Assembly (NCBI GenBank): GCA_028023455.1
Contig: JAQFVV010000005.1
Location: 4,650,001-4,714,000 of the forward strand
DNA from: Epiperipatus broadwayi
Lineage: Eukaryota > Animalia > Onychophora
Reading direction: 5' to 3'
DNA: 64,000 bases
The translations under genes were made by a program, and so were the position numbers. This document shows, one piece after another, positions 1-11,452 of the stretch. Positions within the stretch are counted from its first letter, which is position 1, and every line of letters starts with the position of its first letter. Under the pieces are notes generated by a model. The model did not search any database and had not been told where the DNA came from. It worked only from the letters and a program-made list of their open reading frames with translations.

Positions 1-635
1 CAAACTGCTGTTGTGGGAAAAAAAAATCAAAGTAATAATTTAGTTTTTAAAATAAATATTTTTTATGAATACTTTGTTTATTAAATATAAATAGAATTCA
101 AACCATATGGAATATTTATTCTTTTTAAATAAACATTTCAATTCATTAACAATCTTACTTGTTAAAAACACATGGATGCTAATCCGCTTCTACATCGTAA
201 CTCAAATATTCTGTATTTGATTTGATTATAATTTCACCATATAAACGTGATTATTTACAGTTGTTAAGGCTGAAAAAAAGTTGTCAAAGTATTTTAAAAG
301 ATTTGAGAACTCTTTATTTATAAATGTGAGCTTTAAAAAAGAGAAAGATTTTATGCAAAACTAAAAGTTCTTTTTCAGAAAAAGAAAAACTTAATCCTAT
401 GATGCGATACGTCATCTTTAAACTATCGAAGAATAAATTTAAAGCATATATTGTCTGAAACATATTTCCACTAGTGGAATTTGTAATGAATTTCAATGAA
501 TTCAAATCCTGATCTATAATTAAAATGTTTGCTTTTTAGTAAAGGTTAGTAAAATTATTTCTGTGTATTGAAATTTCATAGGATTAATAAATAGTAATGA
601 GTTTTTAAAACTTAATTAATTGGCGGACTTAATTA

Positions 636-698
636 AAGGGGATTTGAACACAGACTTTCAAGCCTTCTTCAGCTATCCACTCCATCTCATATAACCGA
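636..698 (-). repeat. Short tRNA-like (B-box) SINE fragment, family B
   Basis: Near-identical core 'gatttgaacacagactttcaag...ctatccac..catctcata' also at 10194-10253. The minus strand ends GTGTTCAAATCCC (T-loop/B-box-like). More diverged relatives at ~45505-45560 (-) and ~57858-57908 (+). Confidence 0.55.
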
Positions 699-1693
699 CA
701 CACACAACCATACACGTGGATTTAAATAATTTTGATAACAATCATTATTTTAGCACTCAAGCTACAGAAATAACAATATTATTCAATATTTTTTCCATAT
801 TCAGCTCAGAATTAATTTTGAACCTTTAAGCTTTGAGTTCACTATTTTATCACTTTATTAACTTACGTAACTTATTTATAATTAGATTAAATTTGATTTC
901 TCTTTCTCTTATTTGATTTTTTTTTTTAATCTAGTTTTTATCAATTCATTATGTCTCCTTGCGCTAAATAGGATTGATGTATAGGCAATTACTTATTCAT
1001 TCTTTAATTCCACACATTGCAAATTTGCCTCCATCTTTCTTTCATCTATTGTTGTTTCTGTTATCTTTTTTTAACTATGGAATTACAATGGTAAAACTCA
1101 TTTAACTAATAGCTGCTAATTATTATGGTGAGTTTACTGATGGGCTAATGGATGATTTTATTTCGTGTGTGTGTGGGTTCAAAATTTATTGTAAAAGTAA
1201 AAACCATTGAAAATACTATATACTTATTTAAAATCAAGTTATAGTTCGGGTAATAATTGCACTAAGTGATCAGCTGTAATTTTTTTGTAAAAATATTAAA
1301 TTTTTTAAATTAAAAAAGATAACCACAAAGGCAATTTAATTATTCAAGCTATGTGATATTTAAACATCCACGTGACAACTTGAGTGATACAGTTTCATCC
1401 AACTGATCAATCCTCATCGTGCTTGAGTTCACCACTTATCTTTTTTTATTATTATTTTATAAAATGAAATTTCTTATTAAAACTTCACTTTGCATACAAA
1501 TAATATAACAAGAGTATTCTCTATTCAAGTATTCCTATAACAATCTTGAGTAATTAGTGGTTATCACATAGCAACGCAATTAATATAAATTTATTATAAA
1601 GAGTAGTGTGTCAGCCTAATGTTTCCAAGGCTTCTGTAAAGTCAAAACAAAATGAGGAATGTGTTTTTAGACAACTAAAGAATTTAAAACAGT

Positions 1694-1811
1694 GGCAAAC
1701 TTTCCATACATTAATACCACTTAGTGCAAGCCAAAGTAATCAATAGATTCAAAAAGAGTTTGTCACTTTGTGTGTAAGTATATGAAATGATGATTATGTG
1801 ATGTTTACTAG
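1694..1811. mobile_element. Degenerate mini copy of hammerhead repeat family A (inverted arm + 3' tail)
   Basis: 'ggcaaactttccatac...cacttagtgcaagccaaagtaatcaatagat' matches the antisense arm of family A. It is followed by 'aagtatatgaaatgatgattatgtgatgtttactag', matching the family A 3' tail (aagcataagaaatggtgatcatgtgatgtttattgg). Confidence 0.6.
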
Positions 1812-4800
1812 TAGTAACTAAACAATTTACAGATAAGCTCAGAACTTTATCAAAGAGTTATACCAAACCAAATGTCGTATGATTTTCTTCATTTACAGGA
1901 ACTGTGTTTTAAGATTGAACAATTAATGTGCTGCTTTGATCAGTAAGAGAAGTGTCATGTGCAGTTTAGTATAATGATACATTGGCAAATTCAAATCTAA
2001 AGTTTCCAAAATCAATTCTCAACTAAGTAAAATAACCATTGATTGAAATATTCTCAAATCTCTGTGTAGTTTGGAGCATTAATGTAACAAACACCCTAGA
2101 ACTCAAGTTTTATAGATTACCTTGCAATTCTGTTTCTCACAGCATTAAAACTTTATGTAAATCTTCATGTGACATCAAACATTTGATCACTTTTTATTAC
2201 TTAATTTGTTATTAGATTGTTTAAATAGTAATACAATTTCCTGATAAGCAATCATACAATTAATTTATTAGGAATAAAAATACAATTAATTTATTAGGAA
2301 TAAAAATTTATATTATTCCAGAGCCACCTATGGTAAAATTGAACAATTATTAGGAATTAAAAGATAGTGTTACATTCTAACTTTCAGAAATTAGTTCCAG
2401 AATTTGTATGCAACACAGTCCTCTGGTGTCTTTTGATTCTTCAACATTACAGTAGATGGCTCTTGAGTAGAATGAATTATTGCTTTTAAAGCAGATTACT
2501 TTTTAAATGTTTATTATTAAAATCACAGATAATTTCCAAATTTGCATTTTATGTGGTCTTTCAGTCTGATAACTCATGCAACTCAGACTGATCTCGATAA
2601 GTTTTGAACCAATGAAAAGATTTTGGTACGATTTTATATAAATTAACTGGTGCATTAGAAAGACTTGAAGATGAATCTTCTCCCATTATATGTTTAAAAA
2701 ATGATAGATTATTTAAATGTTCTACTTAGAAATCATTGCTTTTGATTTTTAGATAATGTTAAAAACAGCTATGTCACATGACTTTCTCAGTTGTTTATTC
2801 ATATGCTTCCAAGAGCCGTTCTCTTTGTCCTACACCAGAGCTATCTACTGCAAATCTTTGATAATCAGTGAACATCAGATAGAATGCTATAACTTCATTT
2901 TTAGAATCATTTTTGGTTTTTGGCTAGTGAGAACTAGGAATCAAAGTTGAAATAAATGCATCTAGTTGCCACCTTTTAGTTCTTTGTACTTCAAATTGAG
3001 AGTTTTAAATTTTAAAAAAACTTTTAAGTTTTAAACCCAAGCTAACCAGTTTGAATATTTATATAAATATGATACCAGGACAATTTTCATGTATTTTTGA
3101 TATTTCAATTTTATACCAGAATGTTGTCCACTTTTGGATAGAAAAAATACCATTTAACCATGGCTAACAAAATGAGCCATTTCTACTAATTTGCTGTTGG
3201 ATCACCTATATTTAAGTGAATAATAAAGTAGTTGTTACAGTGAAGAAAAACATTTTAAAAAGAAACAAGTGGGAATTTAAATTATTTTATTTTTTATCGT
3301 GTAGACTGAAGGAATTTTATTTTGTACTCATTTTTGAATTTAATATAATCGTGAAAATGAAGAGTGATGTATAAACCATGTTGACTATTTTGTAGGATTT
3401 TCTTACCTTTTTCATCTTCTTTCTAAACATAATTAGTTACCCCTTTACTGACCAACAAGGTGGGTATCTAGATTAACTAAAAGACTGGCTAAATGAGGGG
3501 AAATTTGAACTGATTTAAAAATTTTACTATCTTGAACATTTTTAGATCTACTCAGAATCTTAATCATGCATGGGAAAATAAGGCAGGGCTTCATAATGAT
3601 CATTTCCTCGTGGGAATTTTACAAAATCCAAACAGGATTGTTCAAAATGGTAAATAAAATCATATATATCCATCATTATTCATTTTTTACCAGAATTTTT
3701 CATATGTAAGAACAAACATGAGATCATTCATTAAGGACAAATTAGCAGATGAAAAAGTCGTAAAATGATCTTGGTTACTATTACAGCCATGTCAAGATTA
3801 CTTGATAACATAACTGCTGCCTTTTTCACAGCAGTATTAACTGCCCACGCACATATTCATCGTTCTTTACAAGAATATTCTCCTATTCTAAATGTAAAAT
3901 CATTCAAATTCTCTCCACCCAGAAATTGGAAAACCTGGTGAATACTATTTTATCTTTTATTGTTTGTCAGTCAGAACATTCCCTTGTATTGAACTATTTG
4001 AAAATAGTTTATTTTAACTTTTATAAATATAGGTGTGTGTGCCTGCATGTGTGAGTGAATGTGTTTGTAATTATATGCAATATTAAAGAGCCATACAACA
4101 TCAGTCAAATTAATTCAGTATTCCTGATGTATACTTCCCATTATCAACTAATAAATAAGATATCAGACTCATTTCTCCCACTATATATAATTTTCTCAGA
4201 ATAATCTCTGATCATTCAATGAATTACTGGTTTAGATACTCTAATCATTTTACCAATGATCACCCAACTTTTGGAGTTTTTAGTATTAAAGCTTCAATAT
4301 ATTACCAATCAAATACATACATCGTCAGCATTATATCTTTCAAAGCAAGATTACGGACATCTCTTTATAGATGGTGATGATTTCTGTCCATGTTATAACA
4401 CCCAGTGAAATACTACTCTTTACATTTCAAGAAGCATATATTTAATAATTAAGTACTATGTGGGAGAGACATGTGTAACCAATAAAATTAAATCACCCTG
4501 CTTCTGATATGAGTTCCACTATTTCTGTTTGCTATCAATCAGTAAAACAAATATCTGACTGATCTCTCTCGCTATGTATGCATTTTTTAGAACAGACTTT
4601 GATTATTAGATGAGATAAAGATTTAAACAATCCTACAAAAATGATAATACAACTTTCTACTTAAATATCATTGGTACAGATTTATATTATTAAAGTTTAA
4701 ATATTTTAGCATTCAAATATTCATATAATAGGACTATTATTTCTAGCGGCAATTTTAGAGTGGTTATATTGTAACAGAATGAATTCTATTTGCAGTTTGA

Positions 4801-4829
4801 ATTAGTTACATTACAAAGCCACATGGTCA

Positions 4830-5335
4830 AAAAAATGTTTAATAAAAAACTATTATAGATTCATTAATATATATGTGTATGTGCATAATAGATATAATAA
4901 ATGCATAATTCTTATGTACATCAGTTTAAGAAAGTAAAGGAAACTAGATCTATATTAATTATAGTATCAAATGTTTAATAAAAAACTATTGGTTAATAAA
5001 TGTATGTATTGTGTATGTGCTTACATAATATGCACAATTTTCATCAGTTTAAGAAAGTAAAGGGAACTAGATCTATATTAATCATAGTATCAAATGTTTA
5101 ATAAAAATTATGATAAATTGATTAATAAATGTATATATTAATGTGTGTGCATATGCATAGTAGATATATCCATAACTCAAGTACATTGGTTTAAGAAAGT
5201 AAAAAGAAATAGATATGTAGAATTAATCATAGTATCAAATGTTTAATAAAAGAAATTAGTCTACAGATTTTGTAATAGTATCAAATATTTTGTAAAAGAA
5301 ATGTAACTCATATTATGTAAGGTAAAAGAGAAAAC
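4830..5335. repeat. Degenerate AT-rich tandem repeat (~120-145 bp, ~3 units)
   Basis: Recurring 'tttaagaaagtaaag..aactagatctatattaatcatagtatcaaatgtttaataaaa'. A homologous copy is split across 8190-8279 and 9988-10170. Confidence 0.75.
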
Positions 5336-5760
5336 TTGATTGGTACTGATCTATTCAGCTATCTACATTCTATTTTGTCATTAATTTGTTTTTTTTAAAA
5401 AACTCTGCATCTATGACACCAAAGAATTCTGGGATAATTAGTCAATAAATTTATGATTCAATGTAGTTTATGTACCTAAAATATAGATCATAAAGAATTC
5501 AAAAAATATAACAGAAAACTAAAAAAAGAAACATTTTCCTGCTCCTGTGTGTTAGGAATAAATATATTTTTTTTCTCTTTAACTTATTAAAAATTAATTT
5601 AAAAATAAACTGTATTTTTTATTGATAATATTGATAAAATATTTTTATTTGAAAAACAACCGGAAACATTAGACTTGGTGGTTGTTCATTTAAATTATTT
5701 TAATTTTTTTAGTTTTCAGTTAAAATAAAAGTAAAAATAAATATTATGTTTTTATTTCAG

Positions 5761-5794
5761 AGACATCAGGTCATCTGTGATGGAAACAAGAATG
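5761..5794 (+). other. Candidate 34-nt internal micro-exon of an unidentified host gene
   Basis: Strong acceptor 'tttttatttcag' immediately before 5761 and donor 'gtaagg' at 5795. The segment is locally GC-richer, with open frames (RHQVICDGNKN or DIRSSVMETRM). Confidence 0.35.
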
Positions 5795-6499
5795 GTAAGG
5801 GAATAGGGTATAATAATTTTGAATTGCCTGTTAATGGTGCCAGTAAATGATGTGATTCAAATGAAAGTACCGATACATTTTTTATTTCACAAAAATGATA
5901 GGAATCCAAGTCAATAATAAAGAAATTTCATTTTAAAGCTTTTTAAAAAAAATTTTGTTGTTGTTTCAAAGCCAGTGGTTCATTGTTATTTGGATTGATG
6001 GTTTGTTTTGTACTTTATATTGAGTGTAGATGGCAATTATTGTTTTTATCAATATCAGCAACACTTTTGCAGTTCACTGTCTTATTTCCTCTTTTCGCTT
6101 TTTAAAAATCAAAAACAAAGAAATTTAAAATGAAAAACAAATAATAAAATTCCCAAACAAATCTGTTAATTAAAAATAAGAGATTGTTTCAAATCATACA
6201 TCAGTAAATTTTGTAAGTCAGTATTAGATAGTATTATAATGAATAATTGAACGCAAAAACTTAGAAATGACCATATTTTCCCTCCTTCTTACATTCCCCC
6301 ACCTCTTCCATTTTCTCAAAACCAAATAACTAATTGAAAAAACAAATAATACTAAAAATTTTAAAAAAAGATATGTCAATCAAAAGTAATGAGCTTTTAG
6401 ATTCCATTTTGAATTTATAAATTATGATAAATCCCTTTTCCAAAATCAAACAATCTTCACATTAATCCTCCCAGTATTCTTTCATGAAACAAAGAAAAA

Positions 6500-7020
6500 A
6501 TGGGTTTTTTAAAAAACAATTTATTGTTTTTTATAGCAAATTGAATAGAAAATCTAAATATATTATTAAAAGTTATAAGATACTAAAATTTAAAAAGTTG
6601 GAGAAAAAAATTTCAAAAGTTGGTCATGTGTTTCTTCTTTTTTTCCTATGGTTTACCATAAATGCAAACAAAATCTATTTTTTTATATATCATTTATAAA
6701 ATAATTTAAGTAATAAAGAAAAAAAATTATTTAAAAACATGTTGTAAAAAATATATATATTAAATCAAATCATTAAATTTCGATAAGATAAACAACTTGA
6801 TATAAATAAATATAGACTTGGTTACATGCTAGGTGTATAAAAAATGTTGTGATCTGTATATAAGTATAAACAGAAAAATTATAATAATTTAGTTTAAGTT
6901 TTAGCTAAGAAGAAAGCAGCATACATTGATTACATGCAGATAGAAGAAACTGCTGGATAAAACACCTTTCCATAGAATAGTTTGAATAATCATACTTTAC
7001 TGTTTTAAAGTATCTTTCGA
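6500..7020 (+). repeat. Old direct duplication, partner at ~10330-10840
   Basis: Colinear shared blocks, e.g. 'taaatatattattaaaa.ttataa', 'tttcaaaagt', 'gatataaataaat..aga.ttg.ttacatgcta', 'agaaactgctggataaaa', 'aatagtttgaataat'. Confidence 0.7.
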
Positions 7021-8585
7021 TACTCATCCACCACAGCAAGTGTGATTACATTAGCTAGTGGAAGGCTATTTAACATGACTGAATAGAGAACTTTAACCAT
7101 ATCAGTCAAAAGACCTGATCTATGCTATAAAATCCAATTATACTGAAGTCTGTTAAAATATGATGTTGCCTGCTTTAAAAATGAAAACCTTGCTGTAAGG
7201 AAAGAAGTGGACTTTGCTATAAAACCTACCATGGATTTCTAGAAGAACTCATTTACTGTGTTCTCCAATCAACAATGTTCTAATTGTACACTAAATAAAC
7301 ACAACAGGATTGATAAAGTATTGATAAATATGTGAATATGAATAATAAACATATGATATCTTCAAACACATGGCTTAAAACTTTAAAACATTGAAGCATT
7401 TGGTTATATCTTGTCTTTATATTTATTCATAAGGCCTTAAGATTACTATTTATAATTATTGTAACTTGTTTACAATATTTTGTATTGTGTTTATTATATT
7501 TATCTGGTAATTTCTACAAAAATATAAGAAATAATTTCATATATTATTTATTTATTGTAAGTATTCACTTATTTTTTATTATTATTAATGAATTTAATTT
7601 GCTTTCACCTTTCAAACTCATTCTAAACATATACAATTAATATTTACTAATCCTGAGAGATCGTGCAATTCCCTATACTGTCATGTGATTATTTGGAGTG
7701 CACTGCAACATACTTTTTTCAAGTAGACTACTCACCCCCTGCAATGCTCAGAAGAAGCAAAGAGTGGATTCAAATGCTTACTGAATTTTCAGCCTCTAAG
7801 ACTAAACAAAGAAGCAAGGCTTCATATATTAATATTATTTTGATTATTTGTGAATTGTGGACAGTTAAACAGTATTAAAACTGAAATAATCTTTATGGTG
7901 TTCATTGTACATATTAATGGCCTATGGTTGAAATTTTTTACAAATTGTAGAGTTAAGATTCTATTCATTATTTTGATAGTTGAAAATCATCCAAATCTCT
8001 GAATAGTGAAAGCATGGTTATATGTATTATATTTGTTTATATATTTTTATATTGCAAAAACATTATTTATAAAAATTAAAGCTAAATTTTGTTGTAAACT
8101 TAAAAATGAAAAGTCATACTGTTCCATGGTCTCATTTTAAAGGGAGGGAAATTATTACACAAAGAATTTGATTGCAACTTGAATTACTTATGTTTAATAA
8201 AAAAAGTATGATAGATTGATTAATAAATGTATATATCACCATGTGTGTGTACATACAAGTTATAATATACGTGTAATTTTATCAAAATTACCCCAAATTC
8301 ACAACTCAACCAGAGTGGCCCAAAAAATGAACTCTAAAACATTACCAATGGTTTCACTGCTACAAGCAGATTTCTCAAGTGTAAAGAGCTGCAAAATAAT
8401 AACATATTTAAACTAAACATTACCCACAATTACACTTACTTCCCATACACCCTTAATATTAAAAGAACTTTAAATAAGTTAATTGCTTCAGAATCATAAA
8501 TTTTTAATAATAAAGATTCTTTAATTTTTTTTTTTATTTCGTTACTCTCAAAGAAGATAACCTTACCTTCATCAAAATTAATAGC

Positions 8586-8830
8586 TTGAACTTAAATGAA
8601 AAAATAAAGGTACATAAAAGTAGGGTTAAAAATAAATATCTTAGTTCTGCTTCATATATCCATGAAAACGATACAGGTCACACTATTAATAATGATGAAG
8701 CTAAAGTTGTTGTCTTTGAGAGAAATAAAATAAAAAGAATTAATGAATCTTTATTATTAAAAATTTATGATTCTGAAGCAATTAACTTATTTAAAAGTTC
8801 TTTTAATATTAAAGGTATATGGGAAATATG
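8586..8830 (+). pseudogene. C-terminal half of a PLE GIY-YIG endonuclease domain
   Basis: LNEKIKVHKSRVKNK...SASYIHENDTGHTINNDEAKVVVFERNKIKR-INESLLLK...IN fits the PLE pattern L..RI.EH...VKN....SA...H...TGH.I..D.AK....E.N..KR.IKES..I. The GIY/YIG motif itself is missing (5' truncated). Confidence 0.72.
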
Positions 8831-8905
8831 CAAAACTCTCTATATGTATTGCCACTCAGTGCAAGCCAGAGTAATCAATGGATTGTGAGCATGTGATATG
8901 TGTGA
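8829..8905. mobile_element. Mini family A insertion nested in the PLE remnant
   Basis: Present in the right arm but absent from the left arm of the PLE fold-back. It consists of 'gcaaaactctc...cagtgcaagccagagtaatcaatggat' (antisense arm) plus a tail-like 'gagcatgtgatatg', with gaaata on both sides. Confidence 0.65.
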
Positions 8906-9081
8906 AATAAATGGAATTGTGGGTAATGTTTAGTTTAAATGTTCTTTTGTACATCTTTATACTTAAAAAGTCTGTTTGTAGCAGTAAAACCATTGGTGGT
9001 GTTTTAGAGTTTATTTTCTTGGCTAGTCTGGGTGAGTTGTGAATTTGGAGTAATGTTGATTATTTATTGACTAATGTAATT

Positions 9082-9984
9082 CAAAACAGGCAAAACTCTA
9101 TACGTATTGCTACTCAGTGCAAGCAAGAGTAATCAATGGATGCCAGAAGGCTTGTGCATAAAATCCCCATCTAGTACCTACTCATCCATAATCCCCAGAC
9201 TAGTTTCTGGCTTGGCTTTTGTCAGTGAGGAGCCTTGGGTCTGAGAGCACTGCACCTAGATCTTAGGATCTAATGCAACCCTCCAGCAGTCACATTTTAT
9301 CTCTACTTAACTACAAAACTATGAGTCTTAAATTGAAAACACTATAATATTTTCAATCCAAGCTCAGAAGCTCATGTATAGTCATATAGGTCTGAATTCA
9401 GTTCAGTACCTATATATTTTGGTGTATTTGTTTCTTTAATAACCATATCCACCACTGTCTTATTAGGCAATATGTATAGAGAGTTTTGCCTGTTTTAATA
9501 ACAGTTAAGAGCAAGCATAAGAAATGGTGATAATGGGATGTTTATTGGCTGCCTAATATGAGAGTGGTGGCTATGGTTATTAAAGAACCAAAGATACCAA
9601 AATGTAAAGGTACTGAACTGAGTTCAGACCTACGTGACTATATAAGCTACAGAGCTTGAATTGAAAATATTGTAGTGTTTTCAATTTACGATCATGGTTT
9701 TGTAGTTGAGATAAAAGGTGGCTGCTGGAGGGTTGCATTAAATCTAAGATCTAGGTGCAGTGCTCTCAGATCCAAGGCTCCTCACTGATGAAGGCCAAAA
9801 GCCAGAAACTAGTCTGGAGATATTGGATGAGTAGTCACTAAATGGGGATTTTATAAACAAGCCTTTTGGCATCCATTGATTACTCTGACTTGCACTGAAT
9901 TGCAATACATATAGAGAGTTTTGCCTGTTTAAATAACGGTTAAGAGCAAGGGTAAGAATGCTGATCATGTGATGTTTATTGGCT
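9082..9984 (+). mobile_element. Hammerhead repeat family A, fullest copy: inverted arm 9082-9470 + direct arm 9471-9984 (one 434-nt unit plus ~80-nt terminal redundancy)
   Basis: The arms are reverse complements. 'tttattggct' recurs at 9541 and 9975 (period 434). 10-bp TSD taatgtaatt at 9072-9081 and 9985-9994. No ORF. Confidence 0.88.
9780..9819 (+). ncRNA. Minimal type I hammerhead ribozyme motif (predicted cleavage after GUC at 9814)
   Basis: CCTCA-CTGATGA-A-GGC-CAAAA-GCC-A-GAA-AC-TA-GT-C-TGGAG: conserved core CUGAUGA/GAAA/GUC, 3-bp stem II, palindromic ACTAGT stem III. Confidence 0.72.
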
Positions 9985-10193
9985 TAATGTAATTTAAGTA
10001 GATTGATTTAAGAAAGTAAAAGAAAATAGATCTATAGAGTTAATCATACTATTAAATGTTTAATAAAAGAAAATTAGTTTACAGGTTTTATAATATTGTC
10101 AAATATTTTGTAAAAGAAATATACTGTATAAAATTAAAACAACTTGTATTATGTAAAGGAAGAGTGAAAAAGTAGTTTTATTGAGTGCAAATA

Positions 10194-10253
10194 TAAGGGA
10201 TTTGAACACAGACTTTCAAGCACCCTTCAACTATCCACACTATCTCATACCAC
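10194..10253 (-). mobile_element. 60-bp family B retroposed fragment with TSD
   Basis: Flanked by a perfect 12-bp direct repeat tgagtgcaaata (10182-10193, 10254-10265). It matches 636-698. Confidence 0.7.
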
Positions 10254-11121
10254 TGAGTGCAAATAAATTTGGTTTGCATTATTTTAAAAAATGTATAGTG
10301 TTTTTGGATTCTTTTAGGTTTGTCTACTGGATGGGATTTTAAAAAATCAATTTGTCTTGAATGACCAATTTAAATATATTATTAAAAATTATAAAGCACT
10401 AAAGTTAAAAAAATTAGAGAACAATATTTCAAAAGTCAGTCTTAATTTTTTTCTTCCTTCCTATTATTTATTATAAATAAAGAAAAAACTATTTTTTTTA
10501 TCATGTATAAAAAAATTTAATGGAAAAAATATTTATTAAAAAACATGTGAGAAAAATGTGTATTAAATCATGTCATTAACAAATCTAGGTACGGATGTTT
10601 TTTTGTTTTTTTTTTATAAACGTCATGATATAAATAAATGCAGATTTGATTACATGCTACATACTAGAAAAAAATATTGTGAGCATGAATAGAGCTGACA
10701 CATCAAACAACAATAGTCTACTCCAAATCTTAACTCTAGAATAAATGATTTGATGAAGATATAAGAAACTGCTGGATAAAAGAGTTGTCAACAAAATAGT
10801 TTGAATAATTATACCTTTTGATTGTTTAAAGGTATTAATCAATACACCCAACTCAGGAAGTATAATGACAATAGCTAGCTGAAGACTATTGACCATGAGT
10901 GGCTAAAAACTCTTACTTGAATATTATAATCTTAATCAATGTTTAGAAAGATATCTCTTCTCTGTATTCTAATACTATATATTATAGCTTGAATTATCAA
11001 CAGTTACCAGATGATGATGCAACTTAATTCTTAATCCTAATCAGATTTCTAGCATTTCTTTTATCAATTTGGCTTCACAATTGGAACCAATGCAGTCATG
11101 CACCAGTTTTGAATCACAAGT

Positions 11122-11160
11122 CCTCACTGATAAAGATGTAAACCAGAAACTAATCTGGGA
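11122..11160 (+). repeat. Decayed hammerhead-motif relic
   Basis: CCTCA-CTGATAA-AGATGTAAACC-A-GAAACTAATC-TGGGA has the same layout as family A, with core mutations. Confidence 0.5.
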
Positions 11161-11452
11161 ATGTGATTAATTTTCACTACTATTTGAAATCACTGATTAC
11201 CCAAAATTAAGATATATGAAGTTAAAGTTTAAAGAAGGAAAATATTCTTGTTCACATCAATACCTTTGAAAGATAAGTTTGTGTTATGAAGGTTATGAAA
11301 AAAACATATTTTAATATGCCTCCTAATATTAAATTCAGGTTTTAATTATGAGAACAATACATATATCCAAGATTTCTATTTTAAATCAACTTCATACTTA
11401 ACAATGGGATTATATAGCAAATGAAACTCAATCATTGCTTAAATTGTAGATA

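Larger units (their letters stand above)
8280..9071. mobile_element. Penelope-like element (PLE) 3' remnant arranged as a fold-back (arms ~8281-8575 and ~8695-9060)
   Basis: 8281-8575 is the reverse complement of ~8695-9060, e.g. 'gaatcataaatttttaataataaagattc' vs 'gaatctttattattaaaaatttatgattc'. It encodes a GIY-YIG-type C-terminal segment and is flanked by tgtaatt-containing repeats at 8272 and 9075. Confidence 0.75.
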
